Shown here piece after piece: positions 1-9,489 of a DNA stretch of 64,000 nt. The stretch comes from Victivallales bacterium. GTDB taxonomy: Bacteria > Verrucomicrobiota > Lentisphaeria > Victivallales > UBA1829. The notes beneath the pieces were generated by a model. That model saw only the letters and a list, made by a program, of their open reading frames with translations, was not told the origin of the DNA and searched no databases. How positions within the stretch are numbered: position 1 is the first letter of the stretch; each line of letters begins with the position of its first letter. A program made the translations under genes and the position numbers. The DNA is taken from assembly GCA_045592785.1 (NCBI GenBank), contig JAZNVL010000031.1, positions 1,147 through 65,146 on the forward strand. Reading direction: 5' to 3'.

Positions 1-666
1 TTGAAGAATATGTCTGATGCAGGAGATGCGCCGGGAATTTCTTTCAAACAGGAATTACTGCGCAAAGGGGTGCATTTGAGTTCGCTGTGGATGGTGGCTC
101 TGATTTATTTCTGGACAGGGGATCCGGAGTTATTGTTTTATTTTTTCGGGACATGTTTTATACTGAACATCATGTGTGAATTTGCGTTTTCCATGAAAGT
201 CCCGGTGATCACGCAAATTTACGGATGCCTTTTCCGGTCGATGCTGCGGAAACAACCGGAACGCGGGACTTGGATCGTGAGCGGGAGTCCGCCTGTTTTT
301 CTTGCGGCTGCGTTGGTGAGTTGGTTGTTCCCTCAATATCTGGCGGCGATTTCGCTGGGCGTGATGTTACTGGCGGATACGGCGGCGGCGTTGGTGGGAC
401 GTCGTTTTGGAAAACACAAATTAAACGGGGTGAAATCGGTGGAGGGGACGGTCGTTTTTGTATTGACGGGTGTAATATTCTCGCTGTTCGTCTTATATTT
501 TACGCCGGGTTTCACATTATCACGCGTTTTTCTTCTGTCGCTGGGTGTGATTTTTGCCGCGATCGCGGAACTTTACGAAAAACAATTGCATTTGGATGAT
601 AATCTGACGATTCCCTTATTGACGGGATTGCCTTTATGGTTCGTCATTACTTTTTCCGGAGGATGA
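1..666 (+). CDS. Polytopic membrane protein of the CTP-dependent polyprenol/dolichol/phytol kinase (CdsA-like) superfamily. The ORF touches the window edge and may be 5' partial; there is an in-frame ATG at 10.
   Basis: 221-aa ORF with several hydrophobic helices. The motif LLADTAAALVGRRFGKHKL...KSVEGT is typical of this family. Confidence 0.6.
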   Translation: MKNMSDAGDAPGISFKQELLRKGVHLSSLWMVALIYFWTGDPELLFYFFGTCFILNIMCEFAFSMKVPVITQIYGCLFRSMLRKQPERGTWIVSGSPPVFLAAALVSWLFPQYLAAISLGVMLLADTAAALVGRRFGKHKLNGVKSVEGTVVFVLTGVIFSLFVLYFTPGFTLSRVFLLSLGVIFAAIAELYEKQLHLDDNLTIPLLTGLPLWFVITFSGG

Positions 667-669
667 TTT

Positions 670-2091
670 ATGAGTGAAAAATTACCAGGTTCCATGCATT
701 TTATCGGGATCGCCGGCATCGGAATGAGCGGCGTAGCACAGGCGGCGGCATCGTTGGGTGTCCGTGTGACGGGCAGTGACCGTGCGATATCGGCACCGGA
801 GAACAGCCGTATTCTGGATTCTCTGCGTGCGCAGGGGATCGTGTTATACAACCAGGACGGCTCGGTTTACCATGATTATCAGCCGGACGTGCTTGTTTAT
901 TCCACTGCGATCGAGGAAGACAATCCGGATTATCGGGAGGGCGTACACCGTCTGCACCGTTCGGAAGCGGTTACACTTCTGGTAGAAGCAATGCGCGGGA
1001 AGAAGCTTCATGCGGTTGCAGGGACTTGCGGCAAGACAACGGTATCGGGTTGGCTGACGGAGGCATTGAGTCATTTGGGAGCGGATCCGGTGTCGTTATG
1101 CGGCGGATTGATGAATGCGTTTTCGGACGGAAAATACTGTGGAAATTTCCGTGCGGGACAAGGGGATTCCTTTGTGTTGGAAGCGGATGAAAGCGACAAA
1201 AGTCTGTTGAATTATACGCCGGACAGTGCGATTTTGTTGAATATCGGGGAAGATCATTACGAACGGAGCGAAGTTGCGGATGTATTTGCGCGTTTTCTGG
1301 ATCGTGTAAATGGTCCGTGCGTGGTGGAGGACAAGGCATTTTTTGAGATCGGTGCGGATCGTTTGCGTGGGAAAAATATCGTATTGATCAGCGGGGATCC
1401 GTCTTCTCCGGATAAAATTTCCGGATTCCCGGTGTATAAACTTTCTTCGATTTGCACATCGACGTGCGGATTCCGCTGTCAGTTTGCGGATCACGGGGAA
1501 GAATTTTCTCTGCCGGTCCCGGGTGTTCATTCCGCAGTGAATGCGCTTGCGGTGTACGCGCTGCTTGTTTCGCTTGGATACGGGAAAGCGGAATCATTGA
1601 AAGCGGTGCAGGGATTTTCGGGCGTATGGCGTCGTTTCGATTACGCCGGAGAGATGCAGAGCGGGGTGAAAGTATACGATGATTACGCACACAATCCGGA
1701 CAAGATCTGTTCTGCGATCCGGACAGCGCAAACGGTGGCACAGGGGGCGGTGCATGTGGTATTTCAGCCGCACGGATTCAAGCCGCTGCGGATGATGCGC
1801 GAGGAATTGTTTGAGGTACTGGAACGAACGCTCCGGACGGGTGATACCTTTGGATTTCTTCCGGTATTTTATGCGGGGGGCACGACGAGTTTTGAACCGA
1901 AGTCGGAGGATGTTGTTTCCGGGTATAATGAGCAAGGGGAAAACGGACACATTTACCGTTATTATTCGGATCGTGATGAAGCGGAAAAAATGTTAAAAAA
2001 TACGATAAAAGGTGGCGATTTGGTCCTGATTTTGGGTGCAAGAGACAATTCTTTATCAATCTGGGCAAAAAAAATTGGCTTTTCAGCTTGA
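670..2091 (+). CDS. murC: UDP-N-acetylmuramate--L-alanine ligase (Mur ligase family)
   Basis: N-terminus MHFIGIAGIGMSGVAQ...GSD, P-loop GTCGKTT, and C-terminal DDYAHNPDK motif. Size of 473 aa fits MurC. An Mpl-type paralog is not excluded. Confidence 0.75.
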   Translation: MSEKLPGSMHFIGIAGIGMSGVAQAAASLGVRVTGSDRAISAPENSRILDSLRAQGIVLYNQDGSVYHDYQPDVLVYSTAIEEDNPDYREGVHRLHRSEAVTLLVEAMRGKKLHAVAGTCGKTTVSGWLTEALSHLGADPVSLCGGLMNAFSDGKYCGNFRAGQGDSFVLEADESDKSLLNYTPDSAILLNIGEDHYERSEVADVFARFLDRVNGPCVVEDKAFFEIGADRLRGKNIVLISGDPSSPDKISGFPVYKLSSICTSTCGFRCQFADHGEEFSLPVPGVHSAVNALAVYALLVSLGYGKAESLKAVQGFSGVWRRFDYAGEMQSGVKVYDDYAHNPDKICSAIRTAQTVAQGAVHVVFQPHGFKPLRMMREELFEVLERTLRTGDTFGFLPVFYAGGTTSFEPKSEDVVSGYNEQGENGHIYRYYSDRDEAEKMLKNTIKGGDLVLILGARDNSLSIWAKKIGFSA

Positions 2092-2116
2092 CTTTTTAGG
2101 GAAATATGCTTATAAT
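2088..2116 (+). promoter_or_regulatory. Sigma70-type promoter candidate for the first TPR/ExbBD cassette
   Basis: TTGACT (2088-2093), 17-nt spacer, TATAAT (2111-2116), about 95 nt upstream of the ATG at 2211. Confidence 0.5.
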
Positions 2117-2210
2117 ATATCAAGTATCGTTATAGTCGGGGTTTTTTCCCTGCTTTTCCGGTACAATGGCATCGTATTCAAATATAACATTATATAACAG
2201 GAGAAACAGG

Positions 2211-5200
2211 ATGACGAGCAGGAATTATCTTGTATCTGGCGTCACAGCGATGTGTATGCTTGCGGGAGCGATTTCGCTTTACGGGCAAACGGCGCGTGAT
2301 GTGGATTTTACTGACAAACTCAATGAAATGCAGCTGTATGATTATGCAGAGTTCTTTCTGGAAGGTCTCTTGAAACAAGACCTGAAAAACCCGGATCGTG
2401 CCCGCGTGCTTTTGATGGATACGCTGCTGCGTCAGAATAAAGTGAATGATGCGAAAGCGATCTTTGAAAAACTGCCGAAAGATACGGAAAACTACTATCA
2501 TGCACAAGGGGTGTATGGTGTGTATTATTTCCGCCGGAATCCGGATGAAGCATTGAAGAACCTGCTTCCGCTTTTGGATTACTGGATCAAGACCAAGCAG
2601 AATCCCGATGACTGGAAACAGCCGGTTGCGGCTCTCTTCAATCTTTTGAAGACAAAAGGTATGGTGAAGGATAACGAACGTCTTCTGGAATGGTATCAGG
2701 GCGGCGGCGAACAGGATGACCGCACCAAAGTTTATACACAGTGTCTTTTGAAGATGGATACGGTGGAAAACGGAATCGTTCAGGAAAGACAGTTGCTTGA
2801 CAAGTACGAAGAAGCCGTGGCAGCGATCAAAGAAGAAGGTACTGACGAAGAAAAGAAAGCATTTGAGGAGGCGGACAAGACCTGGAAAGGTCATTTTAAT
2901 GCGGCAGTCCGTGCAGCAGGCGGATTGCCCAACACAGCTGCGAGCTTGACGAAAGCATTGGTTGACTGGAAGAAATATTGTCCTGAATACGAAAAGATCG
3001 TCAAGGTCGATGCCGAAAAATTGATGAAGGCGCAGATCTATCAGAAAACCCGTCCCGTACTTCTGGGTTGGTTCCTGAAACGGAACTCCATTCCGGCTGC
3101 CCAGTTGACATATTTGAAGAAAGTGGATTCCGATGACTGGCAGAGTGTGCTTTTCCAAATCATGTTTGACCTGGAAAATGTCCAGTGGGCAGGTCTTGAC
3201 GTTGCGACAGCTTCCGCTGCAACTTTGACGGCGCGTGCATACTACACGCTGAAACAGTATGAAGTCGCGATCAGTGAATTGAAGCGTTATAAAGACCTGT
3301 TTGACGGTTGCGATGACATGTTGAAGAAGGAAGGTCAGATCGAAACCTCTCCGGGTGCCGATGCCAAGATGTGGGAAGGCCGTTCCTACTACGAAATGGC
3401 AAAGATCGCAGCGCAGAAAAATAATTCCAAAGATGCCATCAAATATTATACCCGTTCGTTCAAAGCACTGGGCAGATTGCTGATGGATTATCCGAAACAC
3501 CGCGATGGAGCAAAGAATTATCTGTTGTTCCAGGAAGTGATCGAAGAACTTTCTGCATTGAAGCCTTCTCTCGCGAGTGCATTGCAGGAACAGAAACAGA
3601 AAGTTCCGCGTCCGGAAGTCAGCGGCGGTGGCGGCGAGATCGAAAAATTGATCCCCCCGACAGCAAACCAGAATTTCCAGGAAAAGAAATACGCAGAAGT
3701 TGTGGAAGAATTGTATCCGATCCTCGTGGCAAAACGGAACAGTACCGGTGTGCCTGAACTGTTGAACCGGATCATCCTTTCCCAGGTTCTCTCTCAAGAT
3801 TATTTCCGTTCCCTCGCCCTGGGTGATTATATGGCGATGCGGTATCCGGATTCGGAATTTACGATCCACTCTCTGAAAACAGGCGGTAACCTGATCTGGG
3901 TGGAAGCCATAAAGAAAGACAAAGAAGAAAAAGAAGCCGCGGCAGCCGCTGAAAAAGCAGCCGCAGCCGCAGAGAATGACGGCAAGGCAGCCGCTCCGGC
4001 AGCCAAGAAAGTCGCAGGTCCCACCTCCCGCGAACTCAAAGACGTGGCTGTTGACTTCTATAACCGTTATTTGAAGATCGGTATTGATGATCAGGATGCG
4101 GCACCGGTTGCATTGCGTCTTGCCCGTGAATATTACAACCGTGCGCAGCAGATCGGACGTCAGCTGAACGCGGAAACCGATCAGAATATCCGTGCGGAAT
4201 TGAAAGCAGACTGGTTGCATGCGTTTGATTATGTGATCACGAACTATCAGTTCATTATCGAACACTTCGGCAACCGTGCGGAATTCGTGGATGAAGCTTA
4301 TATCTATCAGGCGGAATCTTATGTGACGACGGAACGTTATGCGGAAGCGGCTTCGGTTTACGAACGGTTCTGCCAGGCCGGTTCCCAGAACAAGATCCAG
4401 CTGATCAAAGCGAAAGAAAATATCTCGGAAACATTGTACCGCGTTGCTGCGGATCATGAGAAGAAAGCGAAAGCCATCCGCGAGGAAGCTGCTGCTGTCG
4501 CGATCCCCGTGATCCCGGAAACACCGGTCGCCCCCAAAGAAGAAGACTTCAAGAAAGCTGCCGCTGCCCCTGCTCCGGCTGCGGCACCCGCACCTGCTGC
4601 TGATGGAACAGCTCCTGCTGCCGCCCCCGCCCCGGCACCTGCCGCTGCTCCTGCTGCAACGGAATTGGATGCCGAAGCCTATAAGAAAGCGGTAGCTGCG
4701 TATGAAGCGACGCTGGAAGAGATCAAGAAGGCGACTGCGGATGCAGAAGTCATGAAGAAGAAAAAAGCCGCTCTGGAAGAATCAGCAGTGGCAGAAGAAG
4801 GCAAGGCGCGCGCGATTTACGAAAAAGCGATTGCGAACCTGCTTGATCTGACCGGAAAATGGCTTGCCTCCGGCTCTGAACTGGATAAAAAGGTCGGTGC
4901 CGATAAAGAAACAGCCAAAACACTGGAACGCGCCGCTGCACTGTTGCCGTGGCTGTATGACGGTGTGGGCAACAAGGATAAAGCCATTGAAGCGTTTGCG
5001 GCTTATATCAGCAAATATCCGACTGCCGCGAACATTCCTTCTTACATGATGCGTATCGGGATGTTGTATACAGAAATTGGCAAAGATGTGGAAGCACAGA
5101 AAGTATTGTCTGAACTTTCTGCGAAATACCCGGATTCTCCCCAGGGCAAGAATGCAAACTTCTTCCTGGCACGGAATCTGTATGAAAGCGGTTCCTATGC

Positions 5201-6020
5201 AAAAGCATTGCCGATCTTCAAAGAAATCTTCGGCGGTCCGCTGCTGAAGAATCTGAGTGTGTCCAACCTGCGTTGGATCTCCACGAACCTGGCGGATTGC
5301 CCGGTGGCGCAGCATGGAAAAGACTTTGCCCAGTATTCTTACAAAGCCTCCAAACAGTTGCTTGAAAAGTTGAAGAAACCTGATTTCAAGGAATGGGTTG
5401 GCGATTTGAAAGCAATCGAGTTCAACAACGATGCGAAAGCGCGTGAACAGTTCCTCAGTCAGATCGAACAGAAACTGCAGTTGGATGCGGCGACGGCGGC
5501 ATTGCTGCTGGCGCAGTATGATGATGCGGTTGCCTGTTTGACCCGTATCATCGATCTGGATGATAATACCGCTTACTTCAATCAGGTGTACTTCTCCCGT
5601 TCAGAAGCATACCGCAAGTTGAAGAAGTATGATCTTGCCCGGAAAGACTTGAACCGTATTGGTGCCCGTGCCATGACCCGGACCAAGACGATGTCGAAAC
5701 CGAACTACGGTCTGTATAACAAAGTACAGGTTCTGATGGGAGAAATCTTCCTGGAAGAAAACGAAATCGGCAAAGCCAACGGTGTATTCTCCATGGTTGC
5801 GGAACCGGCATTCAATCCGGGTACGGAACCGTTGCCGGAACCTGCGGCAGGCGAAGAAGATTACAGAGTGTATGTGGAACAGGCGATCTATCGCGCTGCG
5901 TATACTGCATCTCTGCTTGGCAAACCGGAAAAGGCCGTGATGGTTGAAAAGTATCGCAAGAATTATCCGAAAGGGAAGTACCTTGCGGAACTGGACAATT
6001 TGCCCGAACCCCAGAAATAA
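2211..6020 (+). CDS. Large secreted TPR-repeat protein with Ala/Lys- and Ala/Pro-rich linkers and a YbgF-like C-terminal TPR region
   Basis: Long ORF (track start 2166). I prefer ATG 2211 because AGGAGA lies 7 nt upstream. N-terminus is signal-peptide-like (VSGVTAMCMLAGAISLYGQ). Repeated YP(D/T)S..A TPR-like helices. Low-complexity AAAPAPAAAPAPA at about 4555-4660. Confidence 0.85.
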   Translation: MTSRNYLVSGVTAMCMLAGAISLYGQTARDVDFTDKLNEMQLYDYAEFFLEGLLKQDLKNPDRARVLLMDTLLRQNKVNDAKAIFEKLPKDTENYYHAQGVYGVYYFRRNPDEALKNLLPLLDYWIKTKQNPDDWKQPVAALFNLLKTKGMVKDNERLLEWYQGGGEQDDRTKVYTQCLLKMDTVENGIVQERQLLDKYEEAVAAIKEEGTDEEKKAFEEADKTWKGHFNAAVRAAGGLPNTAASLTKALVDWKKYCPEYEKIVKVDAEKLMKAQIYQKTRPVLLGWFLKRNSIPAAQLTYLKKVDSDDWQSVLFQIMFDLENVQWAGLDVATASAATLTARAYYTLKQYEVAISELKRYKDLFDGCDDMLKKEGQIETSPGADAKMWEGRSYYEMAKIAAQKNNSKDAIKYYTRSFKALGRLLMDYPKHRDGAKNYLLFQEVIEELSALKPSLASALQEQKQKVPRPEVSGGGGEIEKLIPPTANQNFQEKKYAEVVEELYPILVAKRNSTGVPELLNRIILSQVLSQDYFRSLALGDYMAMRYPDSEFTIHSLKTGGNLIWVEAIKKDKEEKEAAAAAEKAAAAAENDGKAAAPAAKKVAGPTSRELKDVAVDFYNRYLKIGIDDQDAAPVALRLAREYYNRAQQIGRQLNAETDQNIRAELKADWLHAFDYVITNYQFIIEHFGNRAEFVDEAYIYQAESYVTTERYAEAASVYERFCQAGSQNKIQLIKAKENISETLYRVAADHEKKAKAIREEAAAVAIPVIPETPVAPKEEDFKKAAAAPAPAAAPAPAADGTAPAAAPAPAPAAAPAATELDAEAYKKAVAAYEATLEEIKKATADAEVMKKKKAALEESAVAEEGKARAIYEKAIANLLDLTGKWLASGSELDKKVGADKETAKTLERAAALLPWLYDGVGNKDKAIEAFAAYISKYPTAANIPSYMMRIGMLYTEIGKDVEAQKVLSELSAKYPDSPQGKNANFFLARNLYESGSYAKALPIFKEIFGGPLLKNLSVSNLRWISTNLADCPVAQHGKDFAQYSYKASKQLLEKLKKPDFKEWVGDLKAIEFNNDAKAREQFLSQIEQKLQLDAATAALLLAQYDDAVACLTRIIDLDDNTAYFNQVYFSRSEAYRKLKKYDLARKDLNRIGARAMTRTKTMSKPNYGLYNKVQVLMGEIFLEENEIGKANGVFSMVAEPAFNPGTEPLPEPAAGEEDYRVYVEQAIYRAAYTASLLGKPEKAVMVEKYRKNYPKGKYLAELDNLPEPQK

Positions 6021-6053
6021 TAACAAAAAATTACATACAGAGAGGAATCACTC

Positions 6054-6860
6054 ATGAAAAAGATTTTGACATTGACAGCTGGACTTCTTCTGGCAGTTAC
6101 GGTATCCGCCCAGAGCAAGAAAGAGGATTGCATTATCATGACAGACAGCGGCAGAACGATCCATGCGGCTTCTGTTGAGGTAGCGAAGAATGCGTTTCGC
6201 TATATGGATGGAAAAATCGGGAAATCCATCCCGAAGAAAGACGTGCAGTGGGTATGGATCCCGAAACCGAAAGAAGTCCGCGCCGCGGATAAACTTGCCC
6301 GCGAAGGCAAACACAAAGATGCGGCAGCGGCGTATCGTAAAGCAGCCAAGGAATTTGAAGAACTGGGCTGGGAAGTGTATTGCACATACAAGCAGGCAGA
6401 CAGCCTGAAAGAATCCGGTGATTCCGAAGGGGCGATCGCAGCTCTGGAAAAACTGATCGATTACAAACCTGTCATGCCCAAGAACGAAGACGATCTTTTG
6501 AGCGCATACAAGATGCTGATCAAAGAATATGTGGCGGCAAAGACGTTTGACAAAGCAATTCCCATCGTTGACAGCCTGACGATCTCCAAGAATGACGATG
6601 TTGCCTGTGGCGCGTTCATTACCAAGGGTGAAGTTCTGGAAGCGAAGTATGGAGCCTCCAAGAACAGAGAAGATTTGAAATCAGCGGCATTGGCGTATTT
6701 CCAGGCAGCCCTTCTCTTCCCGAAGAGCAAGGAACGTCCGGAAGCTCTTCTCCGAGCTTACAATGCGATGAAAATGGCGAACGATGCCCGTGCAGAGAAG
6801 TTTGCAGAGATCCTGAAAAAGGAACATGCAGACAGTGCGGAAGCAAAACAGTTGAAATAA
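6054..6860 (+). CDS. Secreted TPR-like helical-repeat protein
   Basis: 268 aa. Signal peptide MKKILTLTAGLLLAVTVSAQ. Helical-repeat composition. Lies 33 nt after the preceding TPR gene. Confidence 0.7.
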   Translation: MKKILTLTAGLLLAVTVSAQSKKEDCIIMTDSGRTIHAASVEVAKNAFRYMDGKIGKSIPKKDVQWVWIPKPKEVRAADKLAREGKHKDAAAAYRKAAKEFEELGWEVYCTYKQADSLKESGDSEGAIAALEKLIDYKPVMPKNEDDLLSAYKMLIKEYVAAKTFDKAIPIVDSLTISKNDDVACGAFITKGEVLEAKYGASKNREDLKSAALAYFQAALLFPKSKERPEALLRAYNAMKMANDARAEKFAEILKKEHADSAEAKQLK

Positions 6861-6874
6861 TGCGAAAATAAAGT

Positions 6875-6903
6875 TGCATTTTTTCAGAATGTGTGGTATA
6901 TTA
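6875..6903 (+). promoter_or_regulatory. Sigma70-type promoter with extended -10, upstream of exbB-like gene 1
   Basis: TTGCAT (6875-6880), 17-nt spacer, TGgTATATT (6895-6903), about 50 nt upstream of the ATG at 6954. Confidence 0.5.
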
Positions 6904-6953
6904 TTACAAAATAACAAATAACATTTCATGAACAACAACAAAGGACTCAAATC

Positions 6954-7778
6954 ATGAAACTCAGAAAACTCTTTGGATTCCTCCTCTTCATCGGTGCTAT
7001 TCTTTTCTGCACCGCAACGTTTGAACTCACTGCGCAGGACGAAGGCGGCGAAGAAGCTGCTGCGGAAAGCGTGGAAGGCGGCGAAGAAGCTGCTGCGGAA
7101 GAAGGTGGCGAAGAAGCTGCACCTGCAGCCAGCGGCGAACAGACCTTCTTTGATATCGTTTTCGGCGGTAACGCCATGGATATCGCGGTGTGGTTCCTGA
7201 TCTTCCTGACCTCTCTTGCTACGATCGCATTGATCATCGACTCCTTCCTGTCGATCCGCGTAAGCAAGATCATGCCGCAGGAACTGGTGGATGCCGTGAA
7301 AACCGCGCTGGATGAAGGCGATCTCGGTGCAGCTGTGGAAGCATGCGAAAGCACTCCCGGTCCCCTTTCCAACATTCTGCTTGCCGGTTTCAACAACATT
7401 TCTGAAGGTTACGACGTGATCCTGGATGCCGTTGGATCCGCCGCAAGTATCGAAACCGAAAAACTCATGCAGCGCGTGAACTACCTGAACCTGTGCGGAC
7501 AGCTTGCTCCTATGTTCGGTCTGATGGGTACGGTTACCGGGATGGTGGCTGCATTCGCAGGTTTGGCAACCGCTTCCGGCGCATCGAAAGCCGCGAAACT
7601 GGCTCAGTCCATCTCCGGTGCTCTGTATACGACCGCAGTCGGTCTGTTCATCGCGATCCCCGCAATTCTCGGTTTTACCTTTGTGAAGAATAATGCCTCC
7701 AAGATCATTCTGACCATGGAAGCGTTGACCTACGACATGATCAAAACCCTGAAGGGCGCAGAAGTCGAAGAAGAGTAA
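6954..7778 (+). CDS. MotA/TolQ/ExbB-family proton channel with an N-terminal signal-like segment and an acidic tandem repeat
   Basis: C-terminal core LAPMFGLMGTVTGMV...ALYTTAVGLFIAIPA is the typical ExbB/TolQ signature. The N-terminus MKLRKLFGFLLFIGAILF is followed by EGGEEAAAE repeats. Confidence 0.85.
   Translation: MKLRKLFGFLLFIGAILFCTATFELTAQDEGGEEAAAESVEGGEEAAAEEGGEEAAPAASGEQTFFDIVFGGNAMDIAVWFLIFLTSLATIALIIDSFLSIRVSKIMPQELVDAVKTALDEGDLGAAVEACESTPGPLSNILLAGFNNISEGYDVILDAVGSAASIETEKLMQRVNYLNLCGQLAPMFGLMGTVTGMVAAFAGLATASGASKAAKLAQSISGALYTTAVGLFIAIPAILGFTFVKNNASKIILTMEALTYDMIKTLKGAEVEEE
7041..7130 (+). repeat. In-frame 33-bp tandem repeat (about 2.7 copies) encoding EGGEEAAAE(S/E)(V/G) inside the exbB-like gene
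   Basis: gaaggcggcgaagaagctgctgcggaa recurs at 7041 and 7074, with a degenerate third copy near 7104. Confidence 0.8.
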
Positions 7779-7808
7779 TAGAGACAGATAGGCGGGAGAG
7801 CCCAGACT

Positions 7809-8246
7809 ATGGCAAGGAATAAACAAAAACTTCAAACTGCTGATGTGGCGGAGACACCGATCTCCTCCATGATCGACGTGGTGTTTCTCCTCATTATCTT
7901 CTTCGTGGTCACTGCATCCATTGACAAAGAGATTGAGGACGAGAAAGTGATGCTTTCTCAGGCACCCCATGGCAGACCTGTGAAAAAGAAAGACCCCCGC
8001 AGCGTGATCATCAACGTGCGTCAGGATGGTACTTATACCATGGGGATGCACACAGTCAGCCTGGATGAGATCAAAAATCAGCTTGAAATGGCGAAAGCGG
8101 GTGTCGCTGATCCGGCAAACAATCTGCCGATCATCATCCGCGGCGACTGGCATGTGCAGCATCATTACATCAAACAGGTGATGGAAGCGGTGAAGTCCAC
8201 CGGACTTTACAAGATCCGCTTCAATGCACAGCAGGAAAGCAATTAA
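7809..8246 (+). CDS. ExbD/TolR-family biopolymer transport protein
   Basis: 145 aa. N-terminal motif PISSMIDVVFLLIIFFVVT (single TM helix), followed by a periplasmic domain with LPIIIRGD. Confidence 0.85.
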   Translation: MARNKQKLQTADVAETPISSMIDVVFLLIIFFVVTASIDKEIEDEKVMLSQAPHGRPVKKKDPRSVIINVRQDGTYTMGMHTVSLDEIKNQLEMAKAGVADPANNLPIIIRGDWHVQHHYIKQVMEAVKSTGLYKIRFNAQQESN

Positions 8247-8258
8247 GGAGTACGGAAC

Positions 8259-8792
8259 ATGGCAAGACGTAAATCAAATATTGATGAGAAGGCGGCAGAA
8301 GTACCTCTGTCTTCCATGATCGACGTGGTGTTCCTTCTCCTCATCTACTTTATTTTGACGCAGAAACCGGTGGTGGAAGACGTACATCTGAACGTGGATC
8401 TTCCGGCTCCCGGTGCTCCGTCCAAAGGTGAGCCGCCCATGCTGCTTACCATTGACGTGATGAAACTTCCGCAGTATGACAACGGTGACAAGATCTGGGC
8501 ACTTGCCCAGAAGGAAACCGATGCGGAACGTCAGAAGATGATTTTGGCACAGGAAAAGATCTATTACCACATGAACGGTGCCCCTTATGAGTCCAAGAAG
8601 CTCCGGGAATATCTGAAAACTGTGGCTGAAACGAATCCTGACACCACCGTTATGATCAACTGCGGTCCCAATGCAAAACATCAGAAACTCATCAATCTGC
8701 TGGATATCTGCAGTGAAGTCGGGTTGACGAAGTTGAACATTGTGGACGATAATACCGTTTTCTTCAAGCCGGATCCGCCGGAAAAACGCTGA
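8259..8792 (+). CDS. ExbD/TolR-family biopolymer transport protein (second paralog)
   Basis: 177 aa. PLSSMIDVVFLLLIYFILT motif. AAGGAG RBS upstream. Lies 12 nt after the previous exbD-like gene. Confidence 0.85.
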   Translation: MARRKSNIDEKAAEVPLSSMIDVVFLLLIYFILTQKPVVEDVHLNVDLPAPGAPSKGEPPMLLTIDVMKLPQYDNGDKIWALAQKETDAERQKMILAQEKIYYHMNGAPYESKKLREYLKTVAETNPDTTVMINCGPNAKHQKLINLLDICSEVGLTKLNIVDDNTVFFKPDPPEKR

Positions 8793-8806
8793 TCCCGTTT
8801 TTTCGA

Positions 8807-9439
8807 ATGGCTGACTTCAAGATACATTCGGTATTGGGAACCGGCAGCGCGATTTGCTACGCTGCCGGCTCTTATTTTTTTGAATATGTATCTTTGCGGC
8901 GTGCGTTCCTGGGGGCGGCGATTTTCGCAATGGCATCTGTTCTGCCCGATCTTGACAGCGAAACGGGTACGGCAAAACGATTTCTTTTTGATACTCTGGC
9001 GGTTTTTCTGCCTGCCCTTCTGATCACACAGATCTCCTTTGATACGGCGGAGCACACGTTTTTTATCATATTGTGCCTGTATTTACTGATCCGCTATCCG
9101 GTACAGTATCTTTTTGAGCATCTGACGACCCATCGCGGGATATTTCACAGTATTCCGGCGGCATGTGTCTTCGGTTTGGGAATCGCCCTGCTGTTCGTGG
9201 AGGCGCCGACCAATATCCGCGTGTTTTACGCCGCGGGGTGTGCGGGCGGATACATGCTTCACTTGATCATTGATGAAATATGGTCCTTCGGATTCTTTGG
9301 ACTTGGGGCAAAAAAGAGCTTCGGATCTGCGCTGAAATTGTATGATAAAAGCTGGTTCCCAACGGTCCTGATGTATCTTGTCCTCGGTGCGCTGGTATGT
9401 CTGATTTTCATTCCGGATTTACTTCACAAAATGAAATGA
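8807..9439 (+). CDS. Membrane-bound metal-dependent hydrolase, YdjM/DUF457-like
   Basis: 210 aa, hydrophobic. THRGIFHS and HLIIDE His-containing motifs are as in the YdjM family. Lies 14 nt after exbD. Confidence 0.5.
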   Translation: MADFKIHSVLGTGSAICYAAGSYFFEYVSLRRAFLGAAIFAMASVLPDLDSETGTAKRFLFDTLAVFLPALLITQISFDTAEHTFFIILCLYLLIRYPVQYLFEHLTTHRGIFHSIPAACVFGLGIALLFVEAPTNIRVFYAAGCAGGYMLHLIIDEIWSFGFFGLGAKKSFGSALKLYDKSWFPTVLMYLVLGALVCLIFIPDLLHKMK

Positions 9440-9489
9440 CGGACTTGATTTTCACAGAAAGTGTGCTATGTTTTTAAAATGACGGAACA

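Noticed and set aside
2190-4457. 755-aa ORF antisense to the first TPR gene. Similar very long antisense ORFs lie at 17426-20032 (868 aa), 21593-23155, 23483-25021, 25226-26887, 29949-31541, 6681-8165, 14260-15471 and 61229-63640 (803 aa).
   Set aside because: - Each lies entirely opposite a gene with clear family signatures.
- Their translations are low-complexity, Arg/His/Phe-rich, and carry no recognisable motifs.
- They are shadow ORFs produced by the codon bias of the sense strand.
4555-4660. Ala/Pro-rich low-complexity DNA (also 26500-26560 and 40880-40915) as independent repeat elements
   Set aside because: They are in-frame linker segments of secreted envelope proteins (AP-rich or poly-Pro spacers), not autonomous DNA repeats. 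They are noted in the gene descriptions instead.
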